The position numbers were made by a program, and so were the translations under genes. A stretch of DNA of 64,000 nt from positions 21,410 through 85,409 of the forward strand of contig NW_021833658.1 in assembly GCF_006345805.1 (NCBI RefSeq), in the 5' to 3' direction. The notes under the pieces were generated by a model. That model worked only from the letters and a program-made list of their open reading frames with translations, made no database searches and was not told the origin of the DNA. Source of the stretch: Octopus sinensis. Its lineage: Eukaryota. Every line of letters starts with the position of its first letter. Position 1 is the first letter of the stretch. Positions 13,166 to 25,391 of the stretch are shown piece after piece.

Positions 13166-13299
13166 CATATATATATATCTTAGTATACATGCATATGTGT
13201 GTGCGTGTGTACATATACGCATATACATATATACTCACAAATGTATATATTTAAGGTCAGCTTTGCCTTCCATTCCTTTGTGAAAGAAGTGAGTGGTGT

Positions 13300-14400
13300 A
13301 GATAAAAACAAAGTACCAATACAATGCCATTAAAGTTACTGGCATTGTGTCTAAATTTGAAGCTGTTATGTCTATCATTATTCCTTTTGGTATTCTTCTG
13401 TTTTATTCTATAGGACCAGATCCAAACCTGATTGGTAACAATCTCCACAGTGTGTTGGATAATCCCCATAACCTTCTGAATCATGTGAGCCCTCCTATTC
13501 TGTTTGTCATGGATTCCTTGGCTTCAATGACCACTGGTATTATTTTTCCCTTCCTATTTGCTATGATAGCCAGGTTTTGTACTTGATCAATTTTCTGTAA
13601 CATTCATGGTGGTGTTTCTTTTGAATGGTTTCATCTCTTGATCAGTATGTACCTCTGACCATTCTTTTCCTTGATAACACTATCAGGTTTCTTGGCTTTT
13701 ACCAACCACATGGTTCCGGGTTCAGTCCCACTGCATTGCACCTTGGGCAAGTGTCTTCTACTATAGCCTCAGGTCGACCAAAGCCTTGTGAGTGGATTTG
13801 GTAGACGGAAACTGAAAGAAGCCCGTCATATATATGTATATATATGCGCGTGTGTGTTTGTCGCCCTAGCATTGCTTGACAACCGATGCTGGTGTGTTTA
13901 TGTCCCCGTTACTTAGAGGTTTGGCAAAAAGAGACCGATAGAATAAGTACTGGGCTTACAAAAGAATAAGTCCCGGGGTCGAGTTGCTCGATTAAAGGTG
14001 GTACTCAAGCATGGCCGCAGTCAAATGACTGAAACAAGTAAAAGAGTAAAAGAGTAAAAGAGTACCAATATGGTGGGGCATAATATCTTTGACACTGGTT
14101 AGTGGTTGTCATGATCTTGTACTCTTGCATATCTTCCAATGCAGGTGTGCTCCCTCTGTGCTATGTTTGTTGTTGTTAGCGTGAGTTCTTGACAATATGG
14201 TCAGTAGCTTCTTCATATTTTCATTGACTTTGCATTGTGGATCTGCACCATTCTTGTTTATGTGAGGGAGATAGAATCAGTTTCCGAGAGTACTTGCAAA
14301 TGGTGTGTCTTCAGTTGGTCCATATCTGTATCACACATATTTTTGGATACTTCCTATGCGTTGAATTTCTTAGAATTATTACTTTGAGTTTCATGTTTCT
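13300..14400 (-). mobile_element. Decayed R4/Dong-like non-LTR retrotransposon (CCHC region plus restriction-like endonuclease), split by a SINE
   Basis: Minus-strand remnants HINKNGADPQCKV, HWKICKEYKI, KPDSVIKEK..ILI, KIIPVVIEA match the CCHC and PD..(D/E) REL motifs; many stops and frameshifts. Confidence 0.6.
13699..14064 (+). mobile_element. SINE family A, slightly 5'-truncated, inserted in the R4-like element
   Basis: Family A body and (AAAAGAGT)n tail. Confidence 0.9.
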
Positions 14401-14493
14401 GATTATTTCAATGAACGAGATATCAAGCAGCATGACAATATATAATAAAAAATATTCGTATGGTCATCAAAATAAAATTAATCAGTACGATTT

Positions 14494-14779
14494 CGATGAT
14501 GATGATGATGATGATGGTGGTGGTGTTGATGATGGTGGTGGTGTTGGTGTTGGTGTTGGTGTTGGTGGTGGTAGTGGTGGTGTTGGTGATGGTGATGATG
14601 ATGATGGTGGTGGTGATGATGGTAATGATGATGATGAATATGATGATGATGATGATGATAATGATGGCATTGATGATGATGATGATGGTGATGATGATGG
14701 TGATGATGATGATGATGATGATGATGGTGGTGGTGATAGTGATGATGATGATGGTGATGATGGTGATGATGATGATGAT
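14494..14779. repeat. (GAT/GGT)n trinucleotide tract (~290 bp)
   Basis: Direct reading; explains the poly-H/D/M ORFs. Confidence 0.95.
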
Positions 14780-15769
14780 TGCCAAGAGAAAACAAACCAT
14801 CAGAATACATTAGAATATGCATTGTACATTCATATAATCAATCATTATACACAGAACATGCAATATATTTTGTCAGTTCTCATGCAAAAACATATTTTCA
14901 CATTTTCAGTATTTTATGTGTGAAACAAAAAGCAAGAAAGGAGTTGTTGTTTATGGAGTTTTAGTACTGCTAAAAACTAAATGTATTTTTAACATTTAAC
15001 AAAGATGAAGAGTATAGTAAAACTATTACATGATAAGCAAGGAATCTGAAATGTAATGGTCAAGAATTATTTGATGCAAACATGGGATTCCATAACAGGA
15101 ATGAGATTTGTGAAGTCAGAGAGTTGTACATTTCAAACTTCGAAATAAATTCTGTTTTACAGAATCTGATCTACGTTATAGAGATGAACTGTTCATTTCA
15201 CAATGTAGCATTCATATATATATATATTAAAAAGAAGAATATGTGCACTAACAATAGGGTAAATGTTTTTTAATTTTCCTTTAATTTCTGAATTACTACT
15301 ATTTAGCGGTTTGAGTCTTGGCTGCTCTTTCTAGTGGGTCGAATGGCCTTTCGGGGCTGTTCCTCAATGTTGTTGAAATTATATACATAGTCTATGACTA
15401 TTTTCTCTTTCTCACTAGACCGCTGGTGGCAAAAAAATTTCTATTGAATTTTTTGCTACTCTTATATTGATTAATAAATATATATATATACATGAATATA
15501 TATATATATAATGGTCTCACAATGAGTGCTTCTAGTGAGAACTTCATCAAAATATTTAAAGCTACATTTAAAAATCAGAGCAAACCCGAAACTAAATTCA
15601 GTAAATTTTTTTGCTGTAAGTCAAAATTTAATTCCTTGTAGTATATTCATATGTTATTATTTCAATAACGATTAGAAACCAAATCAAAAATATCAGTATG
15701 TCAATATCTAACATATACTTTTTCCCTCCAAAATATCTTATCCGTGTTACTCATTATTAAAATGATGTA

Positions 15770-15996
15770 TTAACCCTTTTGTTACTGTATTTATTTTGAG
15801 ATGCTCTGTGTTTCTTTCAATTACTTTAACTATAACAAAGAATTTAGTAAAATAAATTAGTTATTATTCAGCTGGTGTTAGGCACATAAATTGTGAGTAA
15901 GATTTGGTGGAAGATTTTAATTCAAAACTTATGAAACAAAACATTTGTACTACAGAGCCAGAGGCAGTTTCAACCAGGTTGGTATCAAAAGGGTAA
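15770..15996 (+). mobile_element. TTAA-type (piggyBac-like) MITE, copy 1
   Basis: TTAA-CCCTTT(C)GTTAC ... GTA(A)CGAAAGGG-TTAA termini, ~227 bp. Confidence 0.85.
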
Positions 15997-16013
15997 GAAA
16001 TATCATAGTGACT

Positions 16014-16242
16014 TTATCCCTTTCGTCACCATATTTCTGTTAAAATGCTCTGTGTTTCTTTCAATTATTTTAACTATAACAAAGAATTTAGTAAAATAAC
16101 TTAGTTATTATTCAGCTAGTGTTAGGAACATTAATTGTGACTAAGGTTTGGTGGAAGATTTTAATTCAAAACTTCTGAAAACAAGACATTTGTACTACAG
16201 AGCCAGAGGCGGTTTTGGCCGGGTTGGTAACGAAAGGGTTAA
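16014..16242 (+). mobile_element. TTAA-type MITE, copy 2
   Basis: Same family, ~17 bp after copy 1. Confidence 0.85.
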
Positions 16243-16541
16243 ATGACAGTGGATCCAAAGGTAGAATGCAATGTATACAGAACTACACTATTCTTCAAAA
16301 ATACCAAAATAGGAAATGAAATATAATATTGTGTAATCCTCCATATTGCTTAAATGCTCACCATTTGTATGGAAACAAACTTTATGACAGTTTGATAAAA
16401 GCTAGGCCAGGTAATATTCCTCCCAACAAGAAACTTAAAGTTAGCTTGTTGTGTATATGATTCTGTGAGCATACACACACACAACACACACTCACAAACA
16501 CTCACACACACACACACACAACACACACACACACCACACAC

Positions 16542-16589
<48 letters not shown>

Positions 16590-16590
<1 letters not shown>

Positions 16591-16792
16591 CACCAGAGTA
16601 AGCTCATAAATGCGAAACAAGGTGGAAATAAATAGTACTCAAACACAAGAGGTAGAGTAATATACTTTATTAATTAATAAAGCTGAAAAAACATCACAAA
16701 AACTATTACTCAGAGTTCCTGACAAATGGGAATGTGAAACTCTGAGTAACAGTTTTTCTGATGTTTTTTCAACTTTATTGATAAAGTATATA
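16590..16792. mobile_element. Penelope-like terminal fragment with inverted duplication
   Basis: ~58-bp arms, 16661-16718 vs ~16738-16792; contains a decayed hammerhead. Confidence 0.6.
16719..16757 (+). ncRNA. CpG-decayed minimal hammerhead ribozyme motif
   Basis: CTGACAA-ATG GGAA TGT-GAAA-CTC T GAG-TA-ACAGTTTTT; restoring CpGs gives CUGACGA, stem II ACG/CGT, palindromic stem III and a GUA site. Confidence 0.5.
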
Positions 16793-17119
16793 TTTAAACT
16801 TAATTGTAATTCGAATTTAATTGTAACCATGAAACGTATGTAGTGTTTTACTTATATTATATATATTTATCATTCATTTTATACTTTTTGAGATCTAGTT
16901 ATAAGTTATATGTTCTATATAAATATATATAATTTATTATTTATGTATTGGTTTGTGTCTATCACTGTTTGAGTTGCATAATAGTGGTTTTATCTCTAAT
17001 TTTATTTATATATAAATAAATATATATATATATATGTGTGTATGTATGTATGTATATATATGTATATATATTATATATATATTATATATATATATTATAT
17101 ATATATATATATATCGTCA

Positions 17120-17420
17120 GTGGATTATATATCCAAAAAAGAAGCACACTCTAAGAGATGGAGCAGTAATGTATTTACATACAGTTGAATATATGTCTGG
17201 TGATAGAGCGACAAATGATTTCGCATCCATAAAACACTTAGCTTTATGAACGATTTGTAAGACTCTAATGGTGGAGGGCATATAACCTCTCTTCAAACTT
17301 CATAGCTTTTGCCATTATAATCTGTCTATAAAGCTATGGACGCTCTATGGATGCGAAACCATTGGTCACTCTATGACCGAGCATGTGCATATAGGTATAG
17401 TTAAGTCTGTTGTTTATTTA
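17120..17420. mobile_element. Probable Penelope-like fragment with ~47-bp inverted repeat
   Basis: 17201-17247 is an imperfect reverse complement of ~17325-17375; GAAACCATTGGTC half-hammerhead. Confidence 0.35.
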
Positions 17421-17744
17421 CTTCAATATTCAAAGCTAAAGATGTATCATATCCCATCTCTTGAAGCTTCTAAATTCTTACTCTGTAAGCAAATTATAAT
17501 TCCTGTTTCTAAGGACAAAGTTTTTAAAACGATCAGAGAGTTTTGAAGGATTGTTTTCATCCATTGGTAGAATGTCTGTCCTTTTACAGATGTGTTTTGG
17601 AGCCCAAGACCCCACAAGCAACCTTTGACTTTTAGTATCCCTTAGGATTTGACCCAATATTTTCCATGCTTTTACTTGCAGCTTTATCTACAGTTAAAAC
17701 TGAATTATGTGTCTGTTTATTTGTATGTGTGTATGTATATAGCT

Positions 17745-18000
17745 GTGGAGTTGCGTGGCTTAGTGGTTAGGGTGTCAGCATCATGGTCATAAGATTGTAG
17801 TTTCGATTCCTGGACCGGGTGACACGTTGTTCTTGAGCAAAACACTTCCTTTCACATTGCTCCAGTCCACTCAGCTGGCAAAAATGAGTAATGCTGTGAT
17901 GGACAGGTGTTCCGTCCAGCTGGGGAATACATACGCCATAGAAACCAGGAAACCGGGCCCATGAGCCTGACTAGGCTTTAAAAGGACGTATTTATTATTA
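17745..18000 (+). mobile_element. tRNA-derived SINE family E
   Basis: A box TGGCTTAGTGG, B box GTTTCGATTCC, central TTCTTGAGCAAAACACTT...GCTCCAGTCCACTCAGCTG, (TTA)n tail. Confidence 0.8.
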
Positions 18001-18492
18001 TTTTATGTATATAGCTATGTATGTTTGTGCGAAAATGTAAACCCGTGTGTTTGTATGTATATCATTTTGGGTAGTATGTATATGTGCAACAGATTATGTA
18101 TGTATCATTTGTGTATAGGATGTGTGTATGTATCATGAGCATGATTATGTATGCATTTTCAGTAATGAAACATAAATGTATAGAGTAAGAGAGCAAGAGA
18201 GAGACGAAGAGAAGGTGAAAGAGAGAGTGAGAAGAAGGGAAAAACAGTGTGCACATGTGTGAGAGCAAAAGAGATAGAGGTAGAGAGGGAGAGATAGAGA
18301 GAGAGAAGCAGAGATGCAGAAAACAAAACTATAATCAGAGATAGGAAAACTTATGGATTTCATCCAATTTCCATGAAATTTATGAAAAGTCTGTTTTGTT
18401 TTGTCATTTTTATTTCATTTTTCTCTGAATGTTTTATTTTGATTGTGCATGCATATATATTTATATATATTATATATATTTAATATTTATAT

Positions 18493-18534
<42 letters not shown>

Positions 18535-18785
18535 GATATATATATATATATATATGTGTGTGTTTGTGTTTGTGTGTGTGGTGTGTGTATGCATGTATGT
18601 ATGTATGTATGTATGTATTATGTATGTATATGCATGTCTGCATGAGTGTGCGGTTGAGGGGAGGGGTAGTTTGTATTTCATAAAATATGACTTACTGGTT
18701 GTTTATTCTTGTAAGTAACATTGATGGAATCATCTGACTGTTTAGAATTCTCATTTTGAAAGCAAATATGACAAATAATAATATG

Positions 18786-18840
<55 letters not shown>

Positions 18841-19108
18841 AAATGATAATAATATAAATAAATACATTGAAATGAAACTAAAATAATTAAAAAGAAGAAT
18901 ATGTGCACTAACAATTAACCTTTGCTGATCTCAATGTTTAGTGTGGTGTTTTGGTTATGACATTTGTAAATTAAGATATGTATGGCAGTTATGAAAAAAT
19001 AAAGATAAGAAAAGAAACAAAAATAATAATAGGAAAAGTTTTTTAAATACAAAAAGCATAAAACAATATCCATTCATGCCGTTCATGAACATTTAACATA
19101 CACACACA

Positions 19109-19153
<45 letters not shown>

Positions 19154-19632
19154 TATATATACATAAGTATATATATATACATATATAAAATCTCATTGGA
19201 ACATGTATTCATGTATGTGTTCACATGCATTCTCATGCATATATGTATGCATTTTCATGCATAGGAGAGAACAATTATAAAGCAGAGTTTTGCCATCAAC
19301 ATATATATATATACTAATATAACAACTATATATAAACATAAATCGTATGTGCATATATATGAGTCTAAATATATATATATACACATATTTATATACACAC
19401 ATATATATATACACGCATACACACATATACACTTATATAAACACAAATTATATATTTGTATAAATATAGTGAGAGGGACAGATACATGTCATTATATATA
19501 TATATATATGCACCGTAAGTATACACAAGCAATTCTAAATAATATATATTCACTCCATGCAACTTACAAAAATGTTATGAAGTCCATCTCTTAACATCTA
19601 ATGATAAATTTTTATTATGATGGTATATGCAT

Positions 19633-19667
<35 letters not shown>

Positions 19668-19819
19668 TATAATATATATAATATATATATATATATATAT
19701 AAATGAAGTAGTGTTGTTTTTTGTTAGAAGACAGCCAGTGATTACTCCCTCTTACTCAGAGTGTCAACATACTTATCTCTAATATTTCAGATGATATTAT
19801 CTGTCATATTCTTATGCAG

Positions 19820-20057
19820 ATCCAAACTTGGCCGATGCCAGCACCGCATTGACTGGTTTCTGTGCTGGTGGCACATAAAAAGCATCCTCTACACTCACGG
19901 AGTGGTTGGCATTAGGAAGGGCATCCAACTGTAGAAACACTGCCAGATCAGACTGGAGCCTGGTGCAGCCTCTTGGCTTCCCAGACCCCGGTCGAACCAT
20001 CCAACCCATGCTAGCACGGAAAACGGACATTAAACGATGATGATGATGATGATGATG
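19820..20057 (+). mobile_element. SINE family B
   Basis: Ends GGACATTAAAC(GAT)n. Confidence 0.9.
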
Positions 20058-20807
20058 AAGCTTATGAGCATATCCCTTCAAGAGCATTTGTGAAACTCTG
20101 TGTAACAAGCAACCATTCTGGTTTTTCAAAAACTAATACTATTTACTTTAGACAGGATTTATTTGCACTGTGTGTAGACTACAGCTCTCCTTTACCATTA
20201 CTTTTTTGAAAAAAAGGTATTTTTTATATTTGATGGCATAGTGGAAAACTTGAATTTTCACTTTGAACTGAATGTAAATTTTTTCCAGGAAACTTAAGTA
20301 AAATTTCTTTCTAGTTTACATACAATACAAAGATCACACTCACAAAGCTGTAATTATAAAATGGCAAAGTGAATTACTTCTTCATAACATCTCATAGCCA
20401 GTGATGTTATTTATAATTACAAATTAGGGAAGTGATAAAAATATTTGCACAAAACTTTAGGGTTAGGAAAATGATTAAGCACCATTACCATGATGCAGCA
20501 CGGAATTTTGTCAGTGAACAGGTCGTGGTCTCAAAGCAGCAAAAATATTTTGGCAAATTAAATTTAAATGTTGAAGTGAATCTAACAGTTTTTGTGTGTT
20601 TCTTAAATGGATTCTAAACACCTTCCACGCTGCAATTGTTTTCGTTCCAGCACACTATCTCAGATCAGGTCACTTGCTATGCAAGTACATCTCTGTAAAA
20701 ACTATCTTTTTGTTTTCTGAAAAAGCAATGTTTTGGACTTACGACACTTTTACATAATAGCAACGATATATATATGAGTGTGTGTGTATATATATATATA
20801 TATATTA

Positions 20808-20985
20808 TCATCATCATCATCGTTTAACATCCGTTTTCCATGCTAGCATGGGTTGGATGGTTTGACCGGGGTCTGGGAAGCCAGGAGGCTGCACCAGGCT
20901 CCAGTCTGATCTGGCAGTGTTTCTACAACTGGATGCCCTTCCTAACGCCAACCACTCCGTGAGTGTAGTGGGTGCTTTTTACATA
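20808..20985 (-). mobile_element. SINE family B, 5'-truncated
   Basis: (CAT)n tail and conserved body. Confidence 0.9.
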
Positions 20986-21419
20986 TGTATATATATATAT
21001 ATAATATATATATACACACGCTTGCTCACACACATATATGTATGAATATATATGTATTGATTAGAAGATGAAGCATCACAAAACGATTTGTTGATATCTC
21101 CAGTTAACAGCTGATAATACAAACATACAATATATCAAATGATGATGAGGAAGAGGAGGATGGTGAGGATGATGACATGAACTCAGTCACTTAGTCACAC
21201 TGGTATTACACTTCCAGAGGAACAGGCTCCAAAACACCTCAGCTGGGGTTGGTGAATTGAGGAACAAAACTTTACATTTAGAATTAAGCACACAGCATAA
21301 CAGGCCCTAAAATCTTCTTTATCAGTTAACTGAATGCAATAATTTCATTGCATTTTAGAATAAAAATACCTGTTCAAAGTGAATAGAAAATAAAACCAAT
21401 TTTAATGTGGGGGTGAAAG

Positions 21420-21840
21420 AAAGAAAGTTGTGAATGTAGTCGAGTTAACAGTTCCTCGTGAAGATTACATGGATGCCACTCGGACTCGAAAGATTAACCT
21501 TTATGTAAACCTCCTCAAGGAATATGAAGACACAGGCTGGAAAGTGGAGCATTTTCCAATCGAAGTCAGATGTGAGACGACTGTTGTTATCGTTAAGCCT
21601 AACTCATCGTAAAGTAAATTCCACCATGACCAATATCCAAACTACAGTAGAAAAGGCAAGCCACTGAATTCAGTTAAAAGGAGATGATGAGTAATGGCTA
21701 GAAGAATATTGAGCTTTATTTGATAATCAACTGATCTAGCAAGCAGGGCCTCATATCAGTAAGTGGGGGACTATGTGCATTGATGTTGTTGAAAGGTAGG
21801 CTCTGAAACAGCACGCATTCTCTCCTGATGGCCCCATACA
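21420..21840 (+). mobile_element. HERO (R2-Hero)-like non-LTR retrotransposon 3' fragment
   Basis: VVELTVPREDYMDATRTRKINLYVNLLKEYEDTGWKVEHFPIEVRC ... TVEKASH*IQLK resembles the ELTVPWE..RK..KY..L..GW..PIEVG..EKAS.W motif of the HERO REL domain. Confidence 0.7.
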
Positions 21841-21909
21841 CTTGCTGGCTTCCAGTATGCAGAGCTCTCAATTGGTAGCATGGCCAAGTGCAAGTTGTTT
21901 GCAAAACAT

Positions 21910-22115
21910 ATACTCTCTTTACTCTTTTACTTGTTTCAGTCATTTTGACTGCGACCATGCTGGAGCACCGCCTTTAATCGAGCAAATTGACCTCAGGACT
22001 TATTCTTTGTAAGCCTAGTACTTATTCTATCAGTGTCTTTTACCAAACCACTAAGTTACGGGAACATAAACATACCAGCATTGGTTGTCAAACGATGTTG
22101 AGGGGGACAAACAGA

Positions 22116-22166
<51 letters not shown>

Positions 22167-22340
22167 GCACATATATACGACGAGCTTCTTTTAGTTTCCG
22201 TCTACCAAATCCACTCACAAGGATTTGGTTGGCCTGAGACTATAGTAGAAGACACTTGCCCAAGGTGCCACGCAGTGGGACTGAACCTGGAACCATGTGG
22301 TTGGTAAGCAAGCTACTTACCACACAACCCACTCCTACAC
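21910..22340 (-). mobile_element. SINE family A
   Basis: Family consensus match. Confidence 0.9.
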
Positions 22341-22542
22341 CTATATTTATCTCCCTTGAATATTAGCTTTACTGTCACAAATTTAAGCAACAAATTTGCC
22401 ATTGTATGGGGACTAAAACTTATTAACATACAGAGTATATGATACTATTTAATACTTTCAGACTCACAACAGAATGGCACATGAAATAGCTATTGTCAAA
22501 CAATTACAGCCACAGTGTATATCTAACTTTTATTTTATCGAT

Positions 22543-22957
22543 CATCATCATCATCATTGTTCGACCATGGTTGAGACAATGGAATTTACCATGCTACGCC
22601 AGACTTCACGGTCCATCATAGCATTACGGAGGTCCTGTTGCTGGATGCCTGTATCCCTGGAGATTACATCAGGGTAGGAGAGTGTGCGCCCTCTGGCTGG
22701 TATCGCGAGCAGATGGCTTCCAGAGGAAAAGAGTAGAAATTGCCTCGTTTTCAGCTCTACAACAATGTCCAGCAAACTGGACTCTCCTACCTTTCACAAG
22801 AGATGATACAGGTGGTAGTTTCCCATATATTTGCATTTTGGTTGGATGACGCTTCCACGAGAGATTTTGAGCTCTCATAAGGAGGTGAGTGTAGGTTCCA
22901 TCCAACCGCCTCTCAAGCTTCTTTGATAACGTCCAGGTTTCTGAGCCATATAGTAGA
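22543..22957 (-). mobile_element. 5'-truncated RTE-type LINE with 11-bp TSD
   Basis: LLYGSETWTLSKKLERRLDGTYTHLLMRAQNLSWK...VQFAGHCCRAE...DREVWRSMV, one frameshift; (TGA)n tail; TSD ATTTTATCGAT at 22532-22542 and 22958-22968. Confidence 0.9.
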
Positions 22958-23129
22958 ATTTTATCGATAGGGATGTAACATTGGGTTCAAATACTAACAA
23001 TGGCTTCACATCTTCTTACTTTATAAACGTTATAGCTACAATGAATTCCAATAATTAACAATTTAACCAAAAAATACTACTACACTTTGTTTTGTAGGCA
23101 TCCCTGTTGTCAGCCTTGTCAGAGTTACC

Positions 23130-23960
23130 ATGATCATGATCCTGATGATCATCGTCGTCGTCGTCGTCATCAACATCATCATCATCATCATCATCATTAT
23201 CAGCAGCAGCAGCAACAGCCGTTCAAGAATTTGGACCTGGAGATCTCCATTTCCAGTGACTTCAAGGGCCACCTCCCAGTGGTGTCGGGTATCAACGAAG
23301 AGCCCTCGACTCCAACAAGATGACCAAAGTTTTTTTTTTTTCCAAGGTCTGGGGTCTCCCACCCCTAAGCCCTAGACCATCACCTAATCACCCTTACCTG
23401 TCTTGTTGCTTAACAACAACAACAACAACAACAACAGCAACAGCAGCAAATTCAAAACAGTTCTAAGCGTCCATCATCGTCATTATTATCATTATAATAA
23501 TTATCTATATCGACAGAAGTCATCTTACAGTTATCGTCATCGCAGCCATTATAATCATCAACATCCTCCTCCTCATCCTCATCATCATCATCATCATCTT
23601 CATCATCATCACTAAACCCACTATCATCATTAGAAGGCACACAATCACTACCACCATGATGACAACGACAACGACGATGATGAAGAACACCCCCCTCCAC
23701 CACCACCACAACAACAACAGCTCCTCTCCCACCATCACCGCCAACACTATGGCCATTGCTATTACTACCACCACCACCACCACCACTACGATTTTCATCG
23801 TAATAAATAAATCCTTATTGCTTAAAGTATTCATTCATCTGTAATCATCCCCAAATCCAGTACCATCCATCCATACATCCAGTCATCATCATTGTCGGTC
23901 TCCTTCTGCTCTTACTCCTCCTCCTCCTCCTCCACCACCTCCTCTGCCTCCTCCTCCTCA
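23130..23960. repeat. Compound triplet-repeat block (CAT, CGT, CAG, CAA, CCT, ACC)
   Basis: Direct reading. Confidence 0.85.
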
Positions 23961-24313
23961 TCATCAAAACCATCGTCACCACAAGTACAAAGTTAAAACA
24001 ACATATCTGCTAGATAGTGCTTAATATGCAGATGTGTAAAATACTGAATGTCCTGCAGACAAAACTACAAACAAAAGAACAAAAAAAAAAAAAAATCTCT
24101 CACAAGCATATTGGCTGAACAATTCTATCTTGTTATATTGCTGAACTAGAATAACTAGAGAGAATACATGCATGTATAATTATGCGTGTGTGTGGAGACA
24201 CGCAAATTCACATATTCACACACATATGTACATACATATACCTATATATGTATAGATGTATATGTATATACATATATATGTATGCATGTTTTTAATAAAT
24301 ACATATATATATG

Positions 24314-24355
<42 letters not shown>

Positions 24356-24594
24356 TATACATATATACACATATGTATGTAAGTATATATGAATATGTGC
24401 ATATAATTTCATGTGCAAAGCATTCAGACATGAAAGTTTAGGTTATAGAAATATATATATATATATGTACAAAGTTAGTTTTTATTAAATGTGTGCCTGT
24501 TTGTATGTATATATATATACCAATACATACATATACTCTATATATACACATGTACTTATACATATATATAATATATTATATATAATAATAATAT

Positions 24595-24648
<54 letters not shown>

Positions 24649-24945
24649 GTGTATATATATATATATATGTTTACACATGTTTAGAAATATACAAAGACTT
24701 AAGACACTTACATATTTACATATATATACACAGAAACACTCAGTGCAACTCTGTTTCTCTGTTTAACATAGCTTTTCTATAGTATTTCTTTCATCTAACA
24801 AATATTTCGATATATTTCTTCAAATTAGTTGAATATGAATCCATCGGCCAATCAAAGCTGGAGAATTTTGTCAGCTGCGATGCTGACTTCCAGCTCAGTG
24901 GACAGCTTATTAAGACATGGGGCTTTATTTAAAAAAAAAAATAAA

Positions 24946-24976
<31 letters not shown>

Positions 24977-25357
24977 TCAAAAGACGAAGAAGAAGATGAT
25001 GACTATGAAGATGGCGGAGAAAAAAGAAGAGGAAAAGGAATTATAAGAACTAGAACAGGAGAAAAAGAGGAGAAATTTTTTACTCAGATTTTCAGATTAT
25101 TCTGTATTGAAGCAATATTTGGTTATCATATTTGTTGTATCTGCTTCTTCGTTTGTCTGTCAAGTTGTCTGTTTGCCTGTCTGTCTGTTTGACAGTCTGT
25201 TGTTTCATGTAACGTCTATTTGTGTATGAATACGCTGTGTCCCTGTGTTAGACATAATCCTTGTTCATATCTGTCAATGCATGAATGTGTGTTATGTGTA
25301 CATATATGTGTGTGTGTGTGAGTATTTTGATTTCTTCCTCTCTCTCTCTTTCTCTCT

Positions 25358-25391
<34 letters not shown>

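Noticed and set aside
14237-14923. 228-aa Asp/Gly-rich ORF and antisense poly-His ORF
   Set aside because: Product of a stop-free triplet tract flanked by TE debris
23200-23323. Possible terminal exon QQQQPFKNLDLEISISSDFKGHLPVVSGINEEPSTPTR
   Set aside because: No pyrimidine-tract acceptor, embedded in triplet repeats, no recognised homology
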